Shown here: one piece after another, positions 18,825-28,205 of the stretch
Numbering within the stretch: position 1 is the first letter of the stretch
Layout of the letters: every line of letters begins with the position of its first letter
Assembly: GCA_963674745.2 (NCBI GenBank)
Contig: CAXXDV010000001.1
Span: forward strand, 1,600,001-1,664,000
DNA length: 64,000 nucleotides
DNA from: Desulfosudaceae bacterium
GTDB lineage: Bacteria > Desulfobacterota > Desulfobacteria > Desulfobacterales > Desulfosudaceae
Direction of reading: 5' to 3'
The notes under the pieces: generated by a model
What the model was told of the DNA's origin: nothing
The model's input: the letters and a program-made list of their open reading frames with translations, nothing else
Databases searched by the model: none
Translations under genes and position numbers: made by a program

Positions 18825-20045
18825 TTAAAGCACCAGCCGTGCCCTGAGAATGTATGAGGAATCCCGGTTGGTTCCGCCCAGGGTGGTCAGCTCGTGATCG
18901 GCGATGGTTTTGACCCAGCCGGCCGCAATCTGAAGTCCGGGCCGGGGAGACCAGCTCAAGTTGACGGTGGCGGTGCGGACCTCCTGGGTCGAAGGATCAT
19001 AGGCCGTCATGCCGGTATCAAACAGGGCGCGGTCGATGTCGGCATTGGAATAGCGGAACGCCAGTTCCAGGCACCCCGGCAGGTTTAAAAATGTCTGTCC
19101 GCGGCCGCTTTGGCGGGAAGACGGTTGCCAGCCGCCCCGCTCCCAGCGCATGGTTTCCCCGGTGATATTCCAGGAGGCGTACGCGGACCAGGAGGTTATT
19201 TGGTCAAATTCCTCGATTTCACACCTGACCCGCTCGGCCCCTATCCTGAACGGCCCGTTGTACCAGCCGGCTTCAAAGTGCCGGGATCTGTAATCATCGC
19301 CGTGAAGATTTCGAGTGGTGAAAACCGTTGAGCGCAGGGGTGTTTGAACAAAAATATTGTCATCATAATCCGGGCCCCAGGACAGCCCCAGGCCCGCAAA
19401 CCAGTTGGCCAGAAAATTCAGGTCGATAAATTGCGCCGGAAAGACAACCGTACGCAGTGCTAACAGGGGATCGGACCGGCGATTACCGTCCAGGTCGAAG
19501 CCGGCCCCGGCCGTGACAGTTGCCTCATACCAGATGCAATTGTTCAGCAAGGCCCCGTCAACTTGAACACCAAGATCGTACCGGCCGTCCAGATATGAGC
19601 TGAAACCATAATCCAGGCAGGGGAAATTTTCCGGACGGGTGGCCAGTTCCGTGTTCAAGGCCACTTTTACCTGGCCGGCCCGGAGGTGCAGGTCCGGGGT
19701 GATCCGCCAGCCCGCCCAGGCCTCGAACAGATTGTTTTTCGTGTCTATGCCCAGCAGGTCCGGCTCGACAAAGAAATCAAACCGGTCGCCATAATTGCCG
19801 CTTATCAGCAGATTAAGCGTTTCCCATCGCAGACCGTCGTTTTTCCGGTTATCCCGGTCATAGCCGATGGCGTCCACGGCCACCTGACCGCCGAAATAAA
19901 AATCCCAGCCCTGCCATTGCCGTTCGATGCCCGTTACGGATTTCCATTGAAAACGGGACGATGTCTGATCATCGGCGGCATAAAGGGCGGAAAAGAAGCC
20001 CAGCCCGATCAACAGGCTGAGACATGTCAAAAGATATTTTTTCAT
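18825..20045 (-). CDS. Outer membrane porin, OprO/OprP-like
   Basis: Signal peptide; LFEAWAGW..LRAGQ.KV; YDLGVQ..G; ASWNITGE; LELAFRYS..D; alternating beta-strand C-terminus. Confidence 0.75.
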   Translation of the reverse strand: MKKYLLTCLSLLIGLGFFSALYAADDQTSSRFQWKSVTGIERQWQGWDFYFGGQVAVDAIGYDRDNRKNDGLRWETLNLLISGNYGDRFDFFVEPDLLGIDTKNNLFEAWAGWRITPDLHLRAGQVKVALNTELATRPENFPCLDYGFSSYLDGRYDLGVQVDGALLNNCIWYEATVTAGAGFDLDGNRRSDPLLALRTVVFPAQFIDLNFLANWFAGLGLSWGPDYDDNIFVQTPLRSTVFTTRNLHGDDYRSRHFEAGWYNGPFRIGAERVRCEIEEFDQITSWSAYASWNITGETMRWERGGWQPSSRQSGRGQTFLNLPGCLELAFRYSNADIDRALFDTGMTAYDPSTQEVRTATVNLSWSPRPGLQIAAGWVKTIADHELTTLGGTNRDSSYILRARLVL

Positions 20046-20215
20046 AATTATTTTTTTCTGACGGCCCGGCCCGGTTTAAAACACGCCTTTCGCGAACCGG
20101 GTGGGGCAAAGTCGGATTTATAGGGTTGATTTATGACTCATAATACCTTAAACAATAACAATTTCAAATAAAACCGGCCAACCGGCGGCCAAATTAAATA
20201 ATGTGGAGAGATTCA

Positions 20216-21058
20216 ATGCCTTCCAATCAAAAAGAGGTGCTTCGTTTTGACGATTTGAGCCCCTACCTTCTTTTAAAGAACGGAAACTACCTGTATAAAG
20301 TCCCCTTTCGGGACGGGTTTGCCGTGCTCAAGGTCTACTATGGCTCCAGAAATCTTCCTGAACATATTGCCAAAAGCCTGGGTAACGTGTTGATCAATCA
20401 GCAAACGTCTTTTATGCCACTGGCCCGCTGGAAAACGGAATACGAGGCCTTAAACCTCTGGCGCGAGGCGGGATTCCGGGTGTTCGATACCTACGACGAT
20501 GTGCTGGTGGCGGGGTGTGTGCCCGATAAGGGGTGGCGCCTGTTCGAATACGTGGATCGACCCAGGTTTGTCAATTACTTTGCGGACCAAGCGGTGCCGC
20601 TTGATGAACGGCTGGATATGTGGAAACGATTTCTGCCCGTCTGGTACCGTCGCCATCAACTTGCCCTGGAGCGTCGCGAGCCCAGGCTGATTCATGAAAA
20701 CGGAGACCTCAAGCACGTCATGATCATGGAAGACGGCCAGTTTCTTTTTTTTGATTTTGAAATGGTATACTGGTCCCGGCGACAGGTGAAAACACTGGTG
20801 GCGCGGGAAATACTGGCCTACCTGAAATCCCTGGGCAATACCGTGGGAACGGACCATTGGGACACGTTTATGAAACTTACGGTGGAGACCTATCCGGATC
20901 ACGATCTCCTGGAGCATGCCTACACCGTGGCGTTTAAAAATCCGAATCCGCTGGTCCGCGCCGGGCGGGCCCTGGATTGGAAATTCAGCGCCAAGGCCAA
21001 CAAGCCCTGTTCGAAGTACAACGCCGCGCTCAAACTTCACAAACTCCTGCAGTCGTAA
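20216..21058 (+). CDS. Protein-kinase-like fold protein (atypical), paralogue of 17820-18668
   Basis: GGAG RBS before ATG 20216; VLKVY, E...LW..GF.V, FEYV, EPRLIHENGDLKH, FDFE. Confidence 0.6.
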   Translation: MPSNQKEVLRFDDLSPYLLLKNGNYLYKVPFRDGFAVLKVYYGSRNLPEHIAKSLGNVLINQQTSFMPLARWKTEYEALNLWREAGFRVFDTYDDVLVAGCVPDKGWRLFEYVDRPRFVNYFADQAVPLDERLDMWKRFLPVWYRRHQLALERREPRLIHENGDLKHVMIMEDGQFLFFDFEMVYWSRRQVKTLVAREILAYLKSLGNTVGTDHWDTFMKLTVETYPDHDLLEHAYTVAFKNPNPLVRAGRALDWKFSAKANKPCSKYNAALKLHKLLQS

Positions 21059-21332
21059 AAAATGCAGGTGATTAAGTGATTATGTGTTTAAGTGTTTATG
21101 TGGTTAGTGCCGGCCCGTAATCAACCCGAAAAGTGAGACTGGAGACGGTTTTGGGTTTTTAAGTGTCAGGTGCTTAGGTGATTATAATAGCCGGGGGCAC
21201 CCGCGGCCGGGGCAATTAGAACTTACGGGGTTACTTGTACGGCCGGGGCGGCACTGACAACTTGTTGTCAGTGTGCAAAGCACAAGAGGATTGTATACGA
21301 GCTTTCATATAACAAATCATATCAATTTTATA

Positions 21333-21367
21333 CTGGATTCCGCTTCGCTCCATTGCCCGGAATGACA
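21333..21367. repeat. Degenerate REP-like palindromic element (CTGGATTCC...GGAATGACA)
   Basis: ctggattccgcttcgctccattgcccggaatgaca between convergent genes; another hairpin CACTGACAA-cttg-TTGTCAGTG at 21252-21273. Confidence 0.5.
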
Positions 21368-21396
21368 AGTTGTTGGGCAGACTGTAAGGCCCTCCA

Positions 21397-22428
21397 TTAC
21401 ATCAGCAAATATTTTTCTCTTAATATCGTCGATACTTCCCGGACAGCTTCAAAAGCCCGTTCCACGGTAAGTGCTTTATCCGGATTCACCAGGCAGCAGG
21501 TGGCCGGCGACAGCATGCCGCGGGTGAGCAGCAGCTCCCGGTCCACGCCCTTTGACCAGAGGAATTCCCATATCGCTTCCAGCCGCTGGATCAGGGTAGA
21601 GACATCCTCTCCGGCAAAAGCCTCGAAACCCGTGGGCACGATGCCCCAGACAATGACCCCGCCCCGCTCAAGAAAATTTTTAATGGATCGGGCATAGGAT
21701 GAAATAATTTCCGCGTTGGTGTAAACATCCAGCGAAAGCACGTCCAGGTCGAGATTCAAAAGAAAATCCCAGTCCGGGTTGCCGCACAAATGAATGCCCC
21801 GGGGACGGTCGATCTGGGCGAAAAACCGGTCCAGGTCACCTTTGGCCTTGATATCGTCATATCCGGACAGGGCCGAAAACAGGAACTGCATGCCGGGTTC
21901 ATCCACAAACATGAAGGCATTGGGGTTGCGTTTTTGGAGCCGGGCCAGCTGTACGTTTACCCGCCGGGCCATGAAGTCGAACATGAACGGCCGGACCGTA
22001 TCGTCAAACAGGATGGGCCGGTCATCCTGATCCACGATATTAAAACCGAAACTGACCGGCCCCTCCATCTGCCCGCGGACAGCCGGCCGGTCGGCCAGGT
22101 CAAGGGCCAGAAAACGGTGATACACCGCCGAGTAGGTTTCGCTGACGTCAAAATAAACCGGGTCATCAAAGTGGGACAGGGCTTCTTCCAGTTCTTCGAC
22201 GAATTTTTCCATGGAAAAACGTAATGTGCGTTTACCCATATCGAGCAGGATACCGGGAAAATGCTCGGCTGCCTGGACATACATGTCTTCATAATAGTTG
22301 TAGTTGGGCAGTTGCGGCCAGAACGGCACATCCAGCGACAGGGCTGTTTCCAGGGCGCGGTCCACGTCCGTATGGGGCATGACCGCCATGGCGGTGGTGA
22401 GGAGGTTGCCGGGAATGGGGTTGTTCAT
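21397..22428 (-). CDS. Core (cobalamin-independent-type) methionine-synthase-like protein, MetE catalytic-domain/URO-D fold
   Basis: PFWPQLP, GQMEGP.S, FVDEP, Zn-ligand-like GIHLCG, SLD, WGIVPT, SPATCCL. Confidence 0.65.
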   Translation of the reverse strand: MNNPIPGNLLTTAMAVMPHTDVDRALETALSLDVPFWPQLPNYNYYEDMYVQAAEHFPGILLDMGKRTLRFSMEKFVEELEEALSHFDDPVYFDVSETYSAVYHRFLALDLADRPAVRGQMEGPVSFGFNIVDQDDRPILFDDTVRPFMFDFMARRVNVQLARLQKRNPNAFMFVDEPGMQFLFSALSGYDDIKAKGDLDRFFAQIDRPRGIHLCGNPDWDFLLNLDLDVLSLDVYTNAEIISSYARSIKNFLERGGVIVWGIVPTGFEAFAGEDVSTLIQRLEAIWEFLWSKGVDRELLLTRGMLSPATCCLVNPDKALTVERAFEAVREVSTILREKYLLM

Positions 22429-22580
22429 AAGCGCATAGCCTGCAACAGGGGTTGTTTTGTAAACGTCATAACATATTTGTCAGAATATCTCAATTGACAG
22501 TTCCGGCCTGAATTGATATTTCTTATACCGGCAAGAGGGATCACACTTCTGAACACAAAAAAGCGGAGGGACCCGGCTTC

Positions 22581-23462
22581 ATGAAATATTTTTCCATTTT
22601 TTTCGCGTTGTTATTCGGCTTTGGCGCTTTTACGGGGTGCGCTCCCCGCTGGGTGCGGACCCCGGTTGTTGATCAGCGGGATATCACCGTCAGCCTGGAA
22701 CACAAAATCGTTAAAAAGCAGGTGGCTGATCAACAGTTTGATCATCCCTTCAGTGTTGATCAACAGGATCTGAGAACGTTGCTGTCGCAACTTGAATATA
22801 TGGCGGAACCCATGGTTTTTGGTGAACAGGAGCAGAAAACGGTCTTTCAGTCAGTGGAACTCGATCGGCTGGTGCCCGCCCTGGCAGATGCCCTGTCCAA
22901 AGCCGATCCAAATCAACGGGTGTGGTTTGTCTCTTATAACCGGGGTGGCGGGCTGCTGTTTAAAAAAAGACGCCAAACCACCGGCGTGGTTTTTGTCCGG
23001 GCAGGCAATCGCCTGAATCTGGCGTTTAAAGAAATCAATTTTGAAATACTGACCAATGAAATGGAAAATGTGCCGCAAAGGGATGAATATGCGGACCCCT
23101 TAAAGATCAAGTCGTCCTCCACGCCCATTGTCGCGCCGGATTATGTCGCGCATCCAAAAACGGAAAAAGGCAACCCCTTTCCCATGTGGATCGTGGTTGA
23201 AACAGATAAAGTACCGGCGCCTTCAAAACCCGATCCTGAGGCGCAAACCACAGCGTCGAAACCGGCAACACAAGAAAAAGCCGTAGTCGAATCACAGGCA
23301 CCGGTCGAGGGAATGCCTGCCCTGCAGAACGCTGATTCCTGGGAAACCCGCCGCCAGGAAAACACAGAAAAGCTGGAATACTTAAAAGAGCTTTTCGAAT
23401 CCGGGTTGATCGACGAACAAGAGTATAAGGCCCAGAAAGAAAAGCTGCTGGATCAACTGTGA
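22581..23462 (+). CDS. Lipoprotein with C-terminal SHOCT domain
   Basis: Lipobox FTGC; C-terminal LEYLKELFESGLIDEQEYKAQKEKLL; GGAGG RBS. Confidence 0.8.
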   Translation: MKYFSIFFALLFGFGAFTGCAPRWVRTPVVDQRDITVSLEHKIVKKQVADQQFDHPFSVDQQDLRTLLSQLEYMAEPMVFGEQEQKTVFQSVELDRLVPALADALSKADPNQRVWFVSYNRGGGLLFKKRRQTTGVVFVRAGNRLNLAFKEINFEILTNEMENVPQRDEYADPLKIKSSSTPIVAPDYVAHPKTEKGNPFPMWIVVETDKVPAPSKPDPEAQTTASKPATQEKAVVESQAPVEGMPALQNADSWETRRQENTEKLEYLKELFESGLIDEQEYKAQKEKLLDQL

Positions 23463-23508
23463 TGGCATTTTTTTGGGAGTACCCTAACATCTTGATGTTT
23501 CGTGATTT

Positions 23509-23700
23509 TAGCCCGAGCCATGAGCCCCTTCTGCAAGATACAGGATGCGACCTCATGTAGGGGCACCCCCCCGTGGGTGCCCTTCTATCGGGCGGCCACA
23601 GGGGGCCGCCCCTACAACATCGTCAGCGGCCTGAAGCGCAACAGGCGCGTTCAAGGAGACTCGTCCGGTCTGTTGGAAAATTTCATGAAACATTGGACTA
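23509..23700. repeat. Intergenic repeat element with internal GTAG REP doublet and TA-ended IR-like right end
   Basis: GTAGGGGCACCCCCCCGTGGGTGCCC..GGGCGGCCACAGGGGGCCGCCCCTAC (23557-23615); right end TTTCATGAAACATTGGACTA. Confidence 0.7.
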
Positions 23701-23718
23701 AACCGTCAGGAGGTAGCC

Positions 23719-25374
23719 ATGGCCCTTCATGAGTTGGCCGGCAAACCGGCGCCGGATTATTTGCTGGAAAACATTCCCCGACTGGTAACCGCTTATTATA
23801 CCCGTAAACCCGATGCCTCTGACCCGGGACAGCGGGTGGTCTTCGGCACTTCCGGGCACCGGGGCACGTCGGGCAACGGCAGTTTCAATGAAGACCATAT
23901 CCTGGCCATCTGCCAGGCGATTTGTGAATACCGCCAATCCAAAAGTATAACCGGCCCTTTGTTTCTGGGTATCGATACCCACGCCCTGTCTGAACCGGCC
24001 ATGGCTACTGCCCTGGAAGTCTTTGCCGCACAGGGGGTTGTCGTCATGATTGATGAAAACCTCCGCTATACCCCGACCCCGGTCATTTCCCACGCGATTT
24101 TAACCTGTAATAATCGTAAAGACCGTCGGGGATTGGCCGACGGAGTGGTGATAACACCGTCGCATAATCCGCCCGGAGACGGCGGTTTCAAGTACAATCC
24201 GCCCCATGGGGGGCCGGCCGACAGTGATACGACTTCGGCCATCGCCGCCCGGGCCAATGAAATCCTCGAAAGCGGCACCAATGCCGTCCGGCGTGTCCCT
24301 TACCAAAGGGCGCTCAAGGCGGAAACCACCATCTACTATGACTACATCACCCCGTATGTGACCGACCTGGCCAACGTGATCGATATGCCGGCCATTGCTT
24401 CCGCGGGGCTGAAAATCGGTGTCGACCCGTTGGGCGGTTCGGTGGTCGATTTCTGGGCGCCCATTGCTGAAAAATACGGGCTGTCCATGGAACTGGTCAG
24501 CACTCGCACGGACCCGGCCTTTTCCTTCATGACCCTGGACAAGGACGGCAAGATCCGGATGGACTGTTCGTCCGCCTATGCCATGCAGCGGCTGCTCGGG
24601 ATCAAAGACAGCTTTGATGTTGCCTTTGGCAACGATCCCGACGGTGACCGGCATGGGATTGTGACGAAAAGCGCCGGGCTGCTGAATCCCAATCACTACC
24701 TGTCGGTGGCCATCTGGTACCTGTTTCAGAACCGTCCCGGCTGGAAACCCGGGGCCGCGGTGGGCAAAACCCTGGTGTCCACCTCTATGATCGACCGGAT
24801 CGCCGGGCATCTCCAGCGGCCTTTACGGGAAGTGCCGGTGGGGTTCAAGTGGTTCGTGGACGGCCTGGTTGACGGTTCATTCGGCTTTGGCGGTGAAGAA
24901 AGCGCCGGCGCGTCTTTTTTGAGAAAAGACGGTACGGTCTGGACAACGGACAAGGACGGCATCATCATGAACCTTCTGTCCGCCGAAATTATGGCCAGAA
25001 CCGAAAAAGATCCGGGCGAGTTGTACCGGGACCTGGAGGAGCGGTTCGGCGCCTGTGTGTATGAGCGGATGGATGCGCCGGCCGACGCCCGCCAGAAAAA
25101 GATTTTAAAGAGCCTGTCCAGGGAGGCGATTGTTGATAACGAACTGGCCGGAGAGCCGATTAAAGAAATTCTGACCAGGACGCCATTTAATGACGCCCCT
25201 ATCGGCGGTCTCAAGGTGGTCGCAGAAAACGGGTGGTTTGCCGCCCGCCCGTCAGGTACTGAAGATATATACAAAATTTACGCGGAAAGTTTTAACGGCA
25301 AAGACCACTTGAAGCAGATTCAGCAGGAGGCCATGGATATTGTCGGCCGGGCTTTTGAATCAGGTGGCAGCTGA
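23719..25374 (+). CDS. pgm: Phosphoglucomutase (alpha-D-glucose-1,6-bisphosphate dependent)
   Basis: [46 protein letters not shown]. Confidence 0.97.
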   Translation: MALHELAGKPAPDYLLENIPRLVTAYYTRKPDASDPGQRVVFGTSGHRGTSGNGSFNEDHILAICQAICEYRQSKSITGPLFLGIDTHALSEPAMATALEVFAAQGVVVMIDENLRYTPTPVISHAILTCNNRKDRRGLADGVVITPSHNPPGDGGFKYNPPHGGPADSDTTSAIAARANEILESGTNAVRRVPYQRALKAETTIYYDYITPYVTDLANVIDMPAIASAGLKIGVDPLGGSVVDFWAPIAEKYGLSMELVSTRTDPAFSFMTLDKDGKIRMDCSSAYAMQRLLGIKDSFDVAFGNDPDGDRHGIVTKSAGLLNPNHYLSVAIWYLFQNRPGWKPGAAVGKTLVSTSMIDRIAGHLQRPLREVPVGFKWFVDGLVDGSFGFGGEESAGASFLRKDGTVWTTDKDGIIMNLLSAEIMARTEKDPGELYRDLEERFGACVYERMDAPADARQKKILKSLSREAIVDNELAGEPIKEILTRTPFNDAPIGGLKVVAENGWFAARPSGTEDIYKIYAESFNGKDHLKQIQQEAMDIVGRAFESGGS

Positions 25375-25479
25375 ATTCAACTCGTTTAGTGATACCTGAA
25401 CCGTTAATCCGCTAAGGCCTTTCCGGCTGGCATAAAAAACCTGTTTTTTTGGGTGGATTGGGAAAACACTTGGGAAAAA

Positions 25480-25508
25480 TTGACATCTCATGCCTGATAA
25501 TGTATAAT
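25480..25508 (+). promoter_or_regulatory. Consensus sigma70 promoter
   Basis: TTGACA-17 nt-TATAAT upstream of 25585. Confidence 0.8.
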
Positions 25509-25584
25509 AAGTTTAAAAGTTATCATTGAATGTCGAAAGCCCCTGTCGCTTTTCGTTTTTCATCAGTTTAAGTGGAGACGCACC

Positions 25585-25989
25585 ATGCGTTTCAAATCAA
25601 TCATCACGATCATAACAATTGCCGCTTTTTTGCTGGCCGGGTGGGCTTTTGCCGGAAGCCTTTCCCCTCAGGCACCGCCTACCACAAACTTTACTTTTTA
25701 TAATGACAATGATTTTCCGGTAAAAATCAGGGCCTCGGTCTTTCTGCAAAGTAAAAACCCGTCTTTGCCGGCCAGGTTTCTGGATGTCGAGGCCAATGTC
25801 GCGCCTTACGGCACCTATACCAAAACCGAAGTCTACGAAGCCCACTACAGGGGGGTGGGGGCGTCCGGATCGGTCTGGTTTGAAGGCCGTACTCTTCGCC
25901 AGGATTGTACCTGCCAGGGTGTAAAAAACGTGTCCGTACGGGCGCTCAAACCGTTGAATGTCAGCACCAACTGCTCCGGCGGAAATTAA
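25585..25989 (+). CDS. Small secreted hypothetical protein
   Basis: GGAG RBS, signal peptide (..AGWAFA), beta-rich mature part with C-terminal Cys residues; consensus promoter upstream. Confidence 0.7.
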   Translation: MRFKSIITIITIAAFLLAGWAFAGSLSPQAPPTTNFTFYNDNDFPVKIRASVFLQSKNPSLPARFLDVEANVAPYGTYTKTEVYEAHYRGVGASGSVWFEGRTLRQDCTCQGVKNVSVRALKPLNVSTNCSGGN

Positions 25990-26063
25990 TTTCCTTCAGG
26001 AAAATACGATAAAAAATCCGAACCCCGCGGGTGACCTCCCCGAATTTTCACGAAAAATATCCG

Positions 26064-27284
26064 TCATTGCGGCAGATGAAAGGTCCGGGGCAGTTGCTCA
26101 AAAGCAGGCCCGGCAAACAGCAGGCCCTGGTAGAACCGGATGCCTTCCTGGCGCAGCCATTCAAATTCACCTGTCGTCTCAACGCCTTCGGCAATAATAT
26201 CAATACCGAGGTCGAGGCATGTCCGGGCAATGCCCCGGACAATCGCCTGGCGGGGGCCGTTGCCGTCGATACCGCGCATCAGGTGCATGTCCAGCTTGAT
26301 GAATTCAGGCTGAAATTCGGAAAGTAGGTTCAGGCCGGCATAACCGGCCCCGAAATCATCAATGGCAACCTTCATTCCGGAATCACGATGCCTGTTGATC
26401 GCCTTTTTGAACCCCTCATAATCGGTAATGATTTCCCGTTCCAGAATTTCCAGGATCAGTTGCCCGGGGTCGACCCGGCAACGGGCGGCAGCATTGAGCA
26501 TCGAAGAAATGACCGTTGGCGAGGTTTCCACGCTCAGGGGAAGAAAATTGAGGTTCAGGCAGGACGTCAACCCCATTTGAGCCGCCATGTTAATGGCCGT
26601 GTTCCGGCACTGCTCGTCAAAAGTATGCATGTCGGCCGGGTCAACCCGGGACAGAACCGTTCCGGCGGACTCATTGTTTCGGCCTCGAATCAGGGCTTCA
26701 TAAGAGAAAATGGTTGCATCGGAAATGTTGATGATGGGTTGGAACGCGAAAGAATAGTCGTCGTTCGGGGATTCCACGGATGCCGTCTTTTCCGGTGATT
26801 CAATCTCAACCGATATGTCCGGGCCGATCGATAAAGGGGTGCCGGTTTTGCTCAGTCTTGACCGCCAGCGCCCGTGCATAAAGGCGGCGAGCAGTTTTTT
26901 GGCCCTGCCGGGGCTTAACCGGGCAAAGCTCTCACCTTTGCTGAAGAAGTCATTGACACCCAGAATCGTGTCCGCCTCCCGGGGTGAAATATCGGCGTAC
27001 CCCATGGTCCAGTCACCAAAAGCGCGTCTGGCAATGGGTTCACGGATAATGACCGTTACTTTTTGATGCCGCTCATCACCGGTAATCCTGGAAAATAGAT
27101 TGTCAACCGTGTCCGGTTCGCCTTCCAGCACCTGGAAAAAACTGCCCTCAGAATAGAGCAGCATACCGCTTACATTTAATTCAATATTCCGGCGACGCGC
27201 CACAACAAGAAGGTCCGTCAGCTCTTTCCGGCTGAAAGAATAGGTGGCGGCACTGGTGTATATCAGGTGAATCAGTTTTGACAT
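26064..27284 (-). CDS. BLUF-EAL blue-light-regulated c-di-GMP phosphodiesterase (BlrP1/YcgF architecture)
   Basis: BLUF LIYTS..N...SG.LLY...FFQVLEG..D.RH..W.M; EAL FQPI, YEALIR, NLN, DDFGAGY, KLD, EGVET, QG. Confidence 0.93.
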   Translation of the reverse strand: MSKLIHLIYTSAATYSFSRKELTDLLVVARRRNIELNVSGMLLYSEGSFFQVLEGEPDTVDNLFSRITGDERHQKVTVIIREPIARRAFGDWTMGYADISPREADTILGVNDFFSKGESFARLSPGRAKKLLAAFMHGRWRSRLSKTGTPLSIGPDISVEIESPEKTASVESPNDDYSFAFQPIINISDATIFSYEALIRGRNNESAGTVLSRVDPADMHTFDEQCRNTAINMAAQMGLTSCLNLNFLPLSVETSPTVISSMLNAAARCRVDPGQLILEILEREIITDYEGFKKAINRHRDSGMKVAIDDFGAGYAGLNLLSEFQPEFIKLDMHLMRGIDGNGPRQAIVRGIARTCLDLGIDIIAEGVETTGEFEWLRQEGIRFYQGLLFAGPAFEQLPRTFHLPQ

Positions 27285-27311
27285 GGTTTGCCCCTTTCCA
27301 ACAAAAAAGCA

Positions 27312-27794
27312 TCATTCGTCTTTTTTCTTTTTCAAAGGGTATTCCAGAAAATCCTCATCATTGACCGTCCGGCTCAACAACTCATTTTTTTCCGCAGCCA
27401 GTTCAACCAGAAAGCCGACAGCATTTTCCGCATTCATGCCGAAGGGATCAAAATCCGGGCTGGCGGAATACTTGAAAAGCACGGATTGGTCGGCTTTTCG
27501 TGTTGAGACATAAGCCATCGACCATTTTTCAAAAGAGCGCCGGCCGATTTCCTGGTAATCCAGAATCGTGATGTTAAGATGCCGCGGGTCTTTGACGATG
27601 TCGGCATAAATGCGGTTGACAGCGTCACGGGGGCCTTCCAGCCATTGCATGAAATACTTCGGATCATAACAGAGCACACCGGTGACACCGGTCTTTTCAT
27701 TGTTTTGTCTGGCAACGCTGAGTATCTCTTTGAGACCGTCAACGTCCATCTTATCCGTCATTTGGCTGACATAGATCAAACGAACCAGGGGCAT
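27312..27794 (-). CDS. Stand-alone BLUF photoreceptor
   Basis: GGAGG RBS before ATG 27794; LIYVS, NN...TG.LCY...FMQWLEG, DPRH, WSM. Confidence 0.92.
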   Translation of the reverse strand: MPLVRLIYVSQMTDKMDVDGLKEILSVARQNNEKTGVTGVLCYDPKYFMQWLEGPRDAVNRIYADIVKDPRHLNITILDYQEIGRRSFEKWSMAYVSTRKADQSVLFKYSASPDFDPFGMNAENAVGFLVELAAEKNELLSRTVNDEDFLEYPLKKKKDE

Positions 27795-28205
27795 GGGGCG
27801 CCTCCTTTTTTGATGATTGGCAGGTGCTATTTTGATGCATGATGCAGATGTTAATGATATCAAATCAGTAAATAAATGTCGAGACGATTTTTCTCTGTTA
27901 GAAAAGGGCACGGCACGGTGTTTCCCTTCGTTGTTCAGGCGCTCACGCCGACCCTCTCCCGGAGGCGGGAGACCAGGGCCTTCATTTCTTGACTGAGGCC
28001 AATTCCCGACCCCCCAAAAGATTGACATTAGATACACGATACCATATGGCATAACAATTGAACTGTTCGTATGGTTTGCTGAAAAACGTCAGGCTATGGC
28101 AAAAAAGGGCTTTACATAAGCTTTCTGCGTTCTATCAAAACAAACACCACGGGCAGGGCGGGTCCATGGCCCCCAGGCCCCTAAAAGGAGAGGACAAAAA
28201 GCATC

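Noticed and set aside
27795..28052. 86-aa N-terminal extension of the short BLUF ORF
   Set aside because: Runs through promoter-like DNA and a degenerate CCCTCTCCC..GGGAGA hairpin repeat; strong RBS sits at ATG 27794
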